From Rhina ancylostomus (lineage: Eukaryota): a DNA stretch of 64,000 bases. The notes below the pieces were generated by a model. That model was not told the origin of the DNA, searched no databases, and was given only the letters and a program-made list of their open reading frames with translations. The DNA lies in contig JARFYF010000063.1 of NCBI GenBank assembly GCA_030265395.1, positions 79,549,849 to 79,613,848 on the forward strand. Reading direction: 5' to 3'. The translations under genes and the position numbers were made by a program. Positions 1-12,300 of the stretch are shown here, piece after piece. Positions within the stretch are counted from its first letter, which is position 1. Every line of letters begins with the position of its first letter.

Positions 1-15
1 AAAGAGAGGTCCTTC

Positions 16-23
16 TGACGTCA
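16..23. promoter_or_regulatory. Full palindromic CRE (CREB/ATF) site
   Basis: TGACGTCA about 230 nt upstream of the start codon, inside the CpG island. Confidence 0.6.
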
Positions 24-250
24 CCAGAAAACGCTCTATGTGGCCTGCGGCCGCGGCCGGACACCTCACAAAATTCTCGCTTCCCCATTGGTCGAGGCGG
101 CCCGGCCCAGAGTTCCCGGCGCTCCTGGTCGACTGAAGCCGCGGCGAGGACTTTGGGCTTCGGTCGACGACAGCGGATCCAAGCGTCCCCACCACCCGCG
201 GCTGCAACCTGATTTAGATCGGTTCGCGGCGTGGGGGAGGTGGTAAGAAG

Positions 251-325
251 ATGGGAGTTCCAGCATTTTTCCGCTGGCTCAGTCGGAAGTATCCGTCCAT
301 CGTGGTGCACTGCGTGGAGGAGAAG
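251..325 (+). CDS. XRN2: XRN2 exon 1 (coding part)
   Basis: [25 protein letters not shown]; donor AAG|gtgcgt. Confidence 0.96.
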
Positions 326-3300
326 GTGCGTGTCGTGAGGCCTTGTCGCTTAGCCTAGGCCTGAAGCCAGGCTCCGGCCGCTCCCCCCGGGCTCGGCGCT
401 AGTGACGCCGGGCTGCATCCACCTCCTTGGGTGCTCGGTGTGGGAGATGGGCCGACCTCTTTGGGGTGGGGCTGTGCTCGGATTGTCTTTCGGTCGCAGA
501 TGAAAATTCGGAGGACCCTGGAGTCACGTGGTAGGAAATCGGATGAAGCTTCCCCCCCCCCCCATCGCGTTTCATGCCGAGGTCCCTGAACTCTTCCATT
601 GCCCATCCTCAGTTAGCAGCTCCCTTTCAGTCATTTATAGTTCGGTCCTCTGATATAACTCCGACTTTTTTGTTTTTAGTTCCCTCGTCCTTTGTGCCTA
701 TCACTAGTGAGAAGAGTTGCGTAGCTTCTTTCCCGTGGCTCATTTACAATAAACTCTGGCAAACTTTGCTCCCCCTGCTCTGCTTCGCGATATTCACCGT
801 CGTGATATTTGAGATAGTTTTATAGAACATTACAACACAGTACAGGTCCTTCGACCCGCAATGTTGTGCCGACATTTTATCCTGCTCTAAGACTTATCTA
901 ACCCTTCCCTCCCACGTAGTCCTCCATTTTTCTTATTATTCATGTGCTTATCTAAGAGTCTCTTAAATATCCCTAACGTATCTGTCCCCACAACCTCTGC
1001 CGACAGTGTGTTCCACATGCCCACCACTCTGTGTCAAAAAAAATACCCCTGACATTCCCCTTATTATCTTCCTCCAGTCACCTTAAAATGATGCCCCCTC
1101 CTGTTAACCATTTTTGCCCTGGGGAAAAGGTCTCTGTCCACTCGATCTATGCTTCTTGTCTTGTAAACCACTATCAAGTCACCTGTCATCCTCCTCTCCA
1201 AAGGGAAAAGCCCTAGTTCACTCAACCTATCCTATCCTTATAAGACAAGTGTTATAGTCTTTGAAAGCTAGAAAGTACGAGACTAATAATAGATAAAATT
1301 AGGGCTTTTAGTTCAACAGAAGGCAACAGAAGTTAGAACTTCATTTAATTTCTTATAACTAAAATATTTTATATAAGCTTATTTTCCTCCCCTGGTGGCT
1401 ATGAAATAGACAGGTATGGGCTATTTTTTGTCCAAAGTTCTGCTTGGAAATGAATTCAAGTATTCTGCATTAAGGATAATGGAAATTGCTCTTTAGCCTT
1501 TGTAGTGGGGTTATATTGTGGAGTGCCTTCATTATCATAAGTGAGTTTACAACTTCTGGTTTTAGCTGTTGGACATCTTTAAATTGCAGGCTGAGTTCTA
1601 ATGGCACATTCCTTAATGCACATGTTAGCTGAGGAGTAATCCATGGTGACTTTCAGTCCAATGATTTGAGTCAGTTGTCTCAATTGGTCCATGATGAACC
1701 ACGGTATCTTTAAAACATTATTTCTTGTCATGGGATGCTGTTTCTACAAGTATGTTTTGATTTAATTTTGCTTCCAACCTCCACCCCACAGCCCCCCCCC
1801 CCCCCCAAACAATGACTGCACTTCAAATGCACTTAATTGACTGTGAAGCCCTTTTAGATATCCTGAGGTAATCAAAAGCACTGTAGTTTTTTTCAACTTG
1901 TTGCTTAGATTGAAACTGATGAAAGGTGATCTGCTTAGCCTAAATTTTCTGAATTTCTTGATGAGACTTTTAACAGTACAGCACAGTGTACTTTGTGCTT
2001 TTCTATGCACTTTGGGAGTGAGGACAGGAATGAAGAAGAATGTAAATCAACATCTAGAGAAGGCTGAGCAAATTGAGAATATTCAGCATAGATTTAAAGG
2101 AAAGTAGAGTTCTACTTGATTGAGGTTTTTCTGAAGAGCCAATATAGCAGGATGAAGAAGTTAGTATATTTGATGTAGTCTGTGGATTTTGGCAAGGAAT
2201 TAAACAAAACCTCACCTGGCAGGTTTATCAAGGAAGTAAAAACCTATGCAATAAAGTCTAAGGAAAGTATTTGGAGAAGACAGACAAGATGAAGAAAACA
2301 TAAGTGGTAAAGCAGTGAGGTATTGAGCAATGGAGGGATTTTGAAGTGTATGTCACAGATCCTTGAAAGTAGTAGGGCTAACAGGCAAGGTGCTTAAGAA
2401 GGTAAGTGGGATTTTTATCTTTATGCACCACAGGATGGGTTGAAAGAGCAAGGAAGCCCTGCTGGAATTATTTGGAACTGAATCATGGCTTTGTGGAGAG
2501 ATTGACTAGGTTGGAATTCCCGAGCCCACACTTTTGCAAGTTCTATTACCAGGTTGTACTTCTACTCCTAGCATATGGGCAGAAATTGAGGACCACAGCA
2601 CGACTGGTGAGGACTGCAAAGGTATGGTCAAGGGAGGTGGAGGAGCGTTTACAGGACTGCTTTGAATCAGTGACTGGACCATATTCAGGGATTCACACAG
2701 CCATCACCAACTTCATCAAGACCTGTGTGGATGAGTGTGTGTCTTTGAGAACATATCAAATTTTCACAAACCAGAAACCCTGGATGAACTAGGAGGTTCG
2801 CAGTCTGCTAAGGGCTAGATCTGCGGCATTCAAGACCGCCGATCCAGAATCCTACAAGAAGTCCTGGTTCAACCTACAGAATTCCATCGCGAGAGTGAAA
2901 AGGCAATTCTGTTTGAAGTTAGACACCCAATTGGATACAGACAGCTGTGGTAGGGTTTGCATGCCATTACTTCTTATAAGGTGGAACCTAACAGCATAAT
3001 TGGCAGTGGTACTTCACTCCCTGATGAGCTCAACACCTTTTACGCATGCTTTGAAAGGGAGAACAACACGACACTTGTGCTAATCCCCACAGCATCCGGT
3101 GACTCTGTGACTCTGTCTCAGAGGCCGATGTCAGAACATCCTTCAAAGTGTCAAGTCCTGACAGTGTACCTGGCAGTGCACTTAAAATTTGTGCCAATCA
3201 ACTGGCTGGATTGTTCAAGGACATCTTCAGCCTCGCTGCTGTGGTCTGAGGTTCCCACCTGCTTCATAAAAGCAGCAATCATAAGGGTGCCAAGAAGAGC

Positions 3301-6300
3301 ATGGTGAGCTGCCTCAACGGCTGTCGTCTGGTTAAATTAACTCCAGCCTTGAGCAAGGACCTGGACCTGCTGCAATTTGCCTACTGTCACAACAGGTCTA
3401 CAGTGGATGCAATCTCACTGGCTCTCCACTCGGCTTTGGAGCATGTAGACAACAGCAAAGCAGGCTGCTGTTTATCAATTTACAGCTGGGCATTTAATGC
3501 CATCATTCCCTCAGTACTAATCAACAAGCTTCAAAACCTGAGCCTCTGTACCTCCCTCTGCAACTGGATCCTTGACTTCCTTATCGGGAGACCACAGTCA
3601 GTGCAGATTGGTAATAACATCTCCTTCTCACTGACAATCAACACAGGCACACCTCAAGGATGTGTACTTAGCCCACTGCTCTGCTTTCTATACTCATGAC
3701 TATATGGCTAGGCACAGCTCAAATGCCATCCATGTATTCACCGATGACACCGCTGTTGTTGGTAGCATCTCAGATGACGATGAGGAGGTGTACAGGAGTG
3801 AGAGAGATCGGTGGGTTGAGTAGTGTTGCAACAACAACCTCGCACTCAACATCAGCAAAACCAAGGAATTGATTCTGGACTTCAGGAAGGGAAAACACAC
3901 CAGTCCTCATTGAGGGGTCAGTGGTGGAAAAGATGAGCAGCTTCAAGTTCCTGGGCACAAACATCTTGGAGGAGCTATCCTGGGCCCAATGCATTGATGC
4001 AATTATGAAGAAGGCATGCTAGTGGCTCTACTTCATTAGGAGTTTGAGGAGATTTGATATGTCACCAAAGACTTGCAAATTTCTGTAGATGTATGGTGGA
4101 GAGCATTCTGACTGGTTGCATCACCACCAGGTATGGATGCTGCAATGTACAGGATCACAAGAGGCTGCAGAGGGTTGTGGACTCAGTCAGCTTCATCATG
4201 GGCACAACTCTCCCTGCCATCGAGGACATCTTCAGGAGGTGGGGAGAGTTGTGCCTTTGTCATCCATCACTAAGCACCCTTATCATCTGGGACATGCCCT
4301 CTTCTCGTCATTATCATTGGGGAGGACGTACAGGAGCCTGAAGACCCACACTCAGTGATTTAGGAACAGCCTCTGCCTCTACCATCAGATTTCTGAATGG
4401 TCTATGAACACTACCTTTTTTTTTGCACTATTTATTCATTTATTTTGTAATTTATAGTAGTTTTGTCTTTGCACTGTACTGCTGCTACAAAACAACAAAT
4501 TTCACGACATATAACTCGGTGATAATAAACCTGATTCTGATCCTGAATTGGTTTCTTTGAAACACAGGAAATGGGTGAGTTTTAAAATGAAGATGCAAAA
4601 ATGAGAGGTCTGCTATGGATAAACTATTTTCTCTGGCAAAGGGGACAAAAAACTAGGGCCCATAAGATGCAAGTTAATTGACAGAAGGGTTAGTCAGTCT
4701 TTGTTCTTTGTGTGAAAAGATTTTTCCTCAGTGGGAATCTGTAATTTGGTACTTGGAACAGATGTTGAAGGCAAAATCCCCCTTTACATTTGAAAGGTAT
4801 GTAAATGACCATTTGAAGACCTGTAACCTGGAAGGGACAGATGGAGAACTGGGAAGAAAGAATAACCTAAATATATTTTTTGTTGGCTGCAATAGACTTA
4901 AATCTGAACAGCTGCTGTTATTACCAAAAATTTCAATGACTTTTTTATTGGTACATGTTAGAAATTTGGTTAAATAAAATCATTGTGGTAGGAGGCCAGC
5001 ATCTTTTGGGTGCACAGTTGATAAGGCAGTGATTTGAAGATTAGAATTTAATTTTGGGTGTGGTTTAACTGGATTTTGTGTTTGACAGCTATTGACCTTT
5101 GGACTTCAAAAACAAGGGAGAAACGGAATAACATTATTGTACAAACAACCTATTGATATTGGGAATATTTCCAAAAGGAAAGGGTACATGTAGAGGGCAC
5201 AACTAATGACCAATATCTACTAAAGTCCACTAACTCCCATGGCATTCTTGTCTGACTTTCTTCTGCCCCACTTTCTCTGAGGACACTAATCCATTCTATT
5301 TGCCTGGCTTTGTCACATCTTACTCTGATAGTGCCAGCTCCCAAGTCAGTGCTTCTAAAGTATCCTTTTCCTTATTTGGGGATTTCTTGGTTGATGGAGC
5401 TTCTACAATATATCCTCTAATTCCTCTAATTTTAAATTTTTAAAATTTTAAAGTTTTTATTTACAATGTGGTAACAGGCCCTTCTGGCACAACGAGTCCA
5501 TGCTGGCCCATTTTAAACCCTAAATTAACCTATCCCTACGTCTTTAGAATGTGGGAGGAAACCAGAGCACCTGGAGGAAACCCATGCAGTCACGGGAGAA
5601 CGTACATATTCCTTACAGACAGAATCCCTTTCCCTTCCTGAGCAACAGCTAGGTTTCACATGTTTGTCTTTGAACCCATCTACCTCCAATTCACAAATCA
5701 CACAAGTTCTAAGATTCAGGAATAAGGGAGTAGATAACAAAAAGAAAAGTTGGAACTTAGTTTGATTCTATCACCAAACATATCTTCCCCTTTCCTTTTA
5801 AAAACATCTGGTCCTTAGGCAAGACTTGAACCCATTTCTTGATCACCTCCAGTAACTTCCCTTCCCATGGTATCTTGTTCAGATGTAAAATCTGCCTTTT
5901 TGCCTTTCTCTTCCCACCATTTGGATTTACAAATGCTTCCCAGGCATATCAATAATTTTCTTGCACTTTCAATTTGGTTTGGAACATTATCTATTCACAA
6001 TGACGTATTCTCTGCAATGGGGAGATTGAATGAGGATTGGTGAACTGATTTGTGGAGCACTTCCAATGAATCTAAGTATGAACCTGAGTTTCCAGTCTTC
6101 TGGTCTTTCCATCTCTGCCCAGCTTCTACTTCAGCCTCTATCCTTGGTGTATTACTTATTTTTATTGAAGGTTAATGCAGATTTGAGAAGCCTCTCATCT
6201 TTTGGGTTCTTTACAACTTTGTTGCATTCAGTGATTTCAGATGGTTCTGTTCTTCCTGTTTAAACTTCCTTCAGACTCATCATTTGCTTTACTTAATCCA

Positions 6301-9300
6301 TTTTGTCATTTAATCTTTTGCACCCCATCTTATTGCAGACCTTTTTTGTTTTGTTATCCATTCCCTTATGTCTGAATCTTAGAACTTGTTTGACCTTGTT
6401 CCTATTTTAATGAAAGATCAAGAACCTGATACATGACATTCTCTCTCCACAGATGCTGCCTGATTGCTGTACTTCCAGCATTTTCTGTTTTGATTTCAGA
6501 TTTCTAACATCTGCAATATTGTGTATTTTGGGGGAATCATTGGATTGCTCTGGCAAAGATCTAATGGGCTCAGTTGGCCCCCTATGTTGTAAGCCTCAAT
6601 TTATGTATACAAGTCTTCCATAATGGAACAGAAACCTGTGAATGCAATGGTTCTGGCCTTTAAGCAATTTGTTATTATTCACTGGTTTCAGTAATTCATT
6701 CACACTGGTAATCTACAAACATTGTTTTGGTTTTTGAATCAATGTAGTTACTTTTGAAATACCTGTTTAGCTTAAGGGTTATTTGCATCCCATGTGCTGT
6801 CACCACAGCTGTCAAATATAACCTGGTCACTTATTTTGTGGCAGTTTGGTAATTTTGTATGTGTATATCTGTTCTTGCACTTCCTTTGTTACAGCAGTAA
6901 CTGAATTTCAAGATTGGTGATTCCTGAAGTTAAAAAAGCAGTCTATAAATTCAAGTTCTTTCTAAATTTTAAATTTATTGTCAGTCAAATTTACTGGTAC
7001 TTGGGCAGTATCTTAAACAAATAAGGTATAGCAATCAAGTTGGGCAAAACTGAAATTACTGCTGGCACAGATGCAATGGTCTGCTCTGCATAGTTATTCT
7101 GTATCTTGTCAGAAGTTCATGGCACGTTGCATGTGAAATACATTGCATTGTATTTGAGTAATTGTGGAATCGTGCAGTGTGGATAAAGGGCACTGGCGCA
7201 TGAGCTTATGCCAAGCCTTGGGAAGAACAGTCCAATTTGGTTGCAAACTAACATTGGACATGCTGCTGTTGTGCACTTGATTCTTAGACATGCAACACAT
7301 GCTGAGAGGTCTGGTTGGTTTTATTATCTAATTGTTCTACAAAATGAAGAATATGACATCAGAAGGCAAAATGAATTTTTGTGCAGAAAATGGTACTGTC
7401 AATAAAAAAAAATCTGCACATGGTTTTGAGTGTCAGTTGAATCATTTAATTGAGATTTTTTTGTTTAAGGTAGATAGCTAATTGCATATTTAGCTTCATG
7501 ACACCAAGTACTATAATCACTGCACTACTTGTAATTTTGTATTCTGAGACACTTTAAGGGTGGAGTGGTAGCGTAGTGGTTAGCACAATGCTATTATAGT
7601 GCCAGTGATTGGGGTTTGATTCCCATCGCCGTCTGTAAGGAGTTTGTACATTCTCCCGTGTCTGCATGGGTTTCCTTTGGGTGCTCCGGTTTCCTCCCAC
7701 ATTCTCAAGATGTACGGGTAGGTTAATTTGGGGTTTAAAATGGGCCAGCACGGACTCATTGGGCTGGAAGGGCCTGTTACCATGCTGTAAATAAAATTTT
7801 TTTGAAGAAAAAATTAATTTTGATATGGTCTGTGTGATATTACTCTGATAAATCAGCAAGATTGGAGAAATGGACTTGTAACTAATAAGTGCAATACATT
7901 GCAACAAATTAAAATAAAAAATAATTTATTGGGAACATAATCACAAATCTCATGTAATTGAGAATGATTAGTTCAGTACAGACATCACATACAAATGTTC
8001 ATCAAAAGGCTGGTTTGATTTTAAGTTGTGAAACAGATGAGTCAGACCGTGGGCTGATCATATTGGGTGGGGCAGTTTGCTCCTGTCACCTGTGCTTGCA
8101 CATAACAATGCAAAAGTCAGAAATAAGCTGGAGGTTGGGATGTCAGCACCCAAGGCCGAGTTGTTGCTTGTGATCCTATGGGGTAGCTGGAGCAAGAGTC
8201 TGATTCGACTTGCAGGAATAGTGCAGGCAATTAGCCAGATGGACAAAGATCTCAACCATTGTATACAGAACATTATTTTTATAACACTTTTCTATTCCAC
8301 CCTATCCTTCTCCAATTTATTACATTGCATAACTATTTTTGTTAAATGCAAAATAATCTTAAATAGCATATTAAAGATTACTTTGCTTGTGTAACAAAAT
8401 GTGTATTAATTTTGCAGATTCTCCAATAGTAGAAAAATCAGGGTTGCCACTTGCACTTCAAGCTTGAGTAGAAATGTTAGCTTTAACTCTGGAGGCATGC
8501 TTGCCTCTGAGTCCCAGATTTTGGTTTCAAGTCCCACTTAAGTAGGAAATCTTCCAGTTGTCTCTGAGAAAACACTGCGAAATTGCAACTGTTCTTAAAA
8601 ACCCATGGGAAAGTTAATTATATTTTGAGATGTAACTGAGCTTATGTTTTTGGGCATAATTGTCATTGATTTAAACTGATTTCAGGGCTAGAAACAATAA
8701 CGTGAAAAGAGAATTCAGGTCCACTGAAGTATCCATCCTTGGAATACAATGGAGTGCAAAAAACCAGGTTGAATTGTTTGTGCTGAATGATGGTCTCTTC
8801 TGATTCTTGAGGTCCTAGCTATCAAAGGAACCCATCTTCAATCAATTTGACTATTTCCATGTGATAGGGGTTAAGTGAACTGGATGCAGCAATGGTGATG
8901 GCCTGTAACAATTTGCTGAAGTGTTGAATAACTATACTTCAGATTTAATTGCCTTGAGCCATGCTGTTTCAGTGCCGCTGCAATGCTGGCAGCCACTTGA
9001 TAAAATGGAAAAATGACCAGCTATGGTCTGTCTAAAGAAGCAAGATACATCCATTCTGCCAATTACTGCCCCATCAGTCAGCAGAGCGATGGAAGGGATT
9101 GTTGACAGTACTGATAAGCATTACCTAGTTGTTTAATAACTTGTTCTCTGCCCACTTGGGTTTCCCTAAGAGGTATTTGGCTCCTGACCTTCCTATACCC
9201 TTGGTTCAAAGATGGACTTGATCTGAATTCAAGAGATGAGAAAACTGTTCTTAAAACTAAAGCAATATTTGACCAAATATGCTGTTAAAGCACTGTATTT

Positions 9301-12300
9301 TAAAAAGTCCAGAGGAACTGAGGTGAACTATGTTGGCTGAATAAAAACTATTTAATTCAGTGTAGCCTAACATACCAAGGTGCCTCATTGGGGCATTACC
9401 AAACAAAACCTATCCCTGGGCTGTATTAGGCATCTGAAAACAGATGAGCAAAACCTTGGTTGAGGCAAAAGATATTAAGGAGTGTTGGAAAGAAGTGGAA
9501 GCGTTCAGGGAAGTTATTGAGTGCTTATGGCCTTGACCATGGTGGAGTGAATTAAATTTGGAGGCCACTGTGAGACTAGATTGGAGTAAGGAAAGATCTT
9601 GCACTTTTATAGGGCTGAAGTCAATTAAAGAGAGAAAAGAGTGAGATCACAGGAATATGGAAAANNNNNNNNNNNNNNNNNNNGTTTAAATGGAAGCTAT
9701 TGTATGTTGCCAATCATAAGGGTGATGGGTGCTTGGACATAGGTTCAAGTTAGGACATTAGCAACATAGTGCTGGAGCACAAATCAAGATGGTTGTTGGC
9801 AATGGAGACCAGTCATTTCACTCCTTGGACATATCTGTAGGAGTTTCTCGAGTAAATATTACTTTCCACTGAATTGGGGCCAAAGACAGGAATGTGATGC
9901 CCTCTGCTTGGCAACTGAGTACAGCTCTAATAACTTCCCAGCAGTCTGTTTGACACCATCTTCCTGAAAATTCTTTCCTCCTATGTACAGCTAGACTAGC
10001 TATGCTGTGTACAAGATGTAGTGCAGCAACCTCCAAACTTGAAACCTCTGACTTCTGGAAGGACAAAGACAGCAAGAACATGAGAATACTATTAACTCAA
10101 ATTCTCTTCCAAATCACATACTGTCTCTGGATGTAAAAATATCTGTCATTGTTTGGGGGGAGGGTGGTCAAAATCCTGGAGCTTCTTGACCAAACAAAGC
10201 TGTGAGGGTGCCTTTGCTGTTCTGATCCCAGTGGGCAAATTAGCAACTCACGATTTTTGTGAAGTTGGGACCTTTTCGTTTTAAGAATGCCATTACGTCA
10301 CACCATTTGGGCTTAAAAGGGTGCACATCTTCACTTTTTTTCATGGTATTAATCTGCTATAAAAGTACAGGCCATATTGATTTGTGGATGGCAGATTGGA
10401 AGAGGTACCAATTCTTGTGTTAGACTTGGGTGAAAGAAGGGTCCATTCAGATTGTTGAATGGATTCTACCATTTAATTAGATTATGACTTGTTTGTATCT
10501 TTCTATGGACATGTCTTGATTCACAGTTCACTTCTGAACATAGCTATCTAAACCGCTTGACTGTTTTGGCATTTCCAGTTGTCTAAGCAGTGACTGTTCT
10601 TAATGGAAGTGCTTTTCGAGTTCCACTGATCTTTGTCTGAAGAAATGCTTGGCAACCTTCACCCCTGAATATCCCAACACTAATTTGAAATTATTGCCCT
10701 CACAGAGGAAGTAGTTTCTTCTGACATTTTCAGTTCATTTTTAAAAACACACTAATGAGCTCAGCCTTTAAGCTTGTAGAAGCTAAGGAAAAACAAGCCC
10801 AGTATATGTCTTTTCTCATAACCATAGAATCACTCTATTAATTGGGTGCTGCTCTCTCAAAGGCAGTATATGTATTAAGGTACAGTGTCCAGAACTGAAT
10901 GTCTGACTTTAAATGATGTCTAATGAGAGCTTTGTATAATTATAATGTAACTTCTGCACCATTGTATTTCAGATCTCTTGACACTGCTGTTAACTTTTTT
11001 TCCCTATTAGATTTTTGTACTTGCACAGTATCTATATTATTTACATATACTTAGCCCCCTAAATCTCTGACCTCCTGGCAGTCATCAGCTTATCACATTT
11101 CGAGAATAGCCTGTTCCATGTGTCTTGGGTTCAAAGTTGGTGACCTTGTTACCTCCCTATATTGCACTCCCATCTACAACCCACAAACCCAACAAAGATC
11201 CATTGCAGTCCTTTTCCCAGCCAAACTATTTGGTGTTGATAAATGACTTCTGGCACACTTCTAGAAAATGTTTCATTAGATGATGAGCCTGGAGAAGTTT
11301 CTTGCTAATCTTGTAGGAAAAAAACCTGTCCCTTGGAATGGTTAGAGGCAAAAAGTCATTTCTTTATTTAGTTAAAGAAAGTAAGATAGTAAGATTATTA
11401 AATGGTGGTAGGGGGAAAGGGAGGGATTGGGGTGCCTTTTATGATTTGGACAAAAAAGCCAAATGTTTACACTCAGCATCTGACATTCAGTTTAAAGAGC
11501 ATTTGAAAACTGATATTTATGGCACGGCACAATCACTTCATTCACCTGAGCTGCTTTTTTTTATTTCTAGTGATACTGCTGCACCATAAGAGTAGGGTAA
11601 TGCACCACCATGATGCACCATGATCTTCCTGATATCGTGCAAGAATTTTAACCTGACTTAAACAAAACCAAGCAATCTAGTAGTTTTAAAAATTGTTTAG
11701 AAAGTATGGCAATGATTTGAATGAAGACTGGGATCAGTGTGGTCTATGGGACTAAGTGGATGGGAAGTCCGCCCTCTAGTGTGAGGCTTTTAAGAATTTA
11801 ATTCCTGTGTGTAATCTGCACAATTGGCTCTAATCTTCCACTAGAATTTGGCACAGAATACATCCTGGCTAAAGAATGAAATATTTGGTAGTTTGGTGGG
11901 GAGAGGGGTGTGTGAAGTGCACACATCAGACCCAAAGGAGTAGTCTCCCCTGACCAGTGCATGAGTTTAGAAGAGTTGTTTAGAGGGGAAAAAGAAGCCT
12001 GGGAAAGGAGCAGACCACAGGTTCCTACTGATGATCTGAGTGAAAAAACCAAAGTCTTCTAATAAAATTTTACCTCTTTGATTGGCTTTGCTTGTTTGCT
12101 GCTCTTGCCAATGTTGGTCTTGTGCTCCTGATGTACTCAAGCCCCATCTGCTTGTTTAAATATTCAGGATGCCAATAATAGATTACGTCAGGACCTGTGG
12201 GGATAATTTGCACTGGCCACTTTAACTCCAGGCATGTTTTCTTGCTAGCTAGATGAGGTTGAAATCCATCCTTGTGCTTTAGTGAATTGTGTGTGACTGT

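Larger units (their letters stand above)
1..600 (+). promoter_or_regulatory. CpG-island promoter / 5' region of XRN2
   Basis: GC- and CpG-rich stretch around the ATG at 251, against an AT-rich, CpG-poor remainder; no TATA box evident. Confidence 0.85.

Noticed and set aside
40-825. ORFs overlapping the CpG island (40..246, 66..266, 355..606, 399..599, 574..825)
   Set aside because: GC-rich chance ORFs, several with non-ATG starts; no recognisable protein. The real coding exon is 251-325
2406-4358. Series of 90-130 aa ORFs resembling a reverse transcriptase gene or retron-like system
   Set aside because: Frameshifted, stop-interrupted fragments of one Rex1/Babar LINE; the catalytic region reads FTDD and the ORF is broken
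7557-7630. tRNA-like sequence with A/B boxes
   Set aside because: It is the head of a V-SINE; no complete cloverleaf
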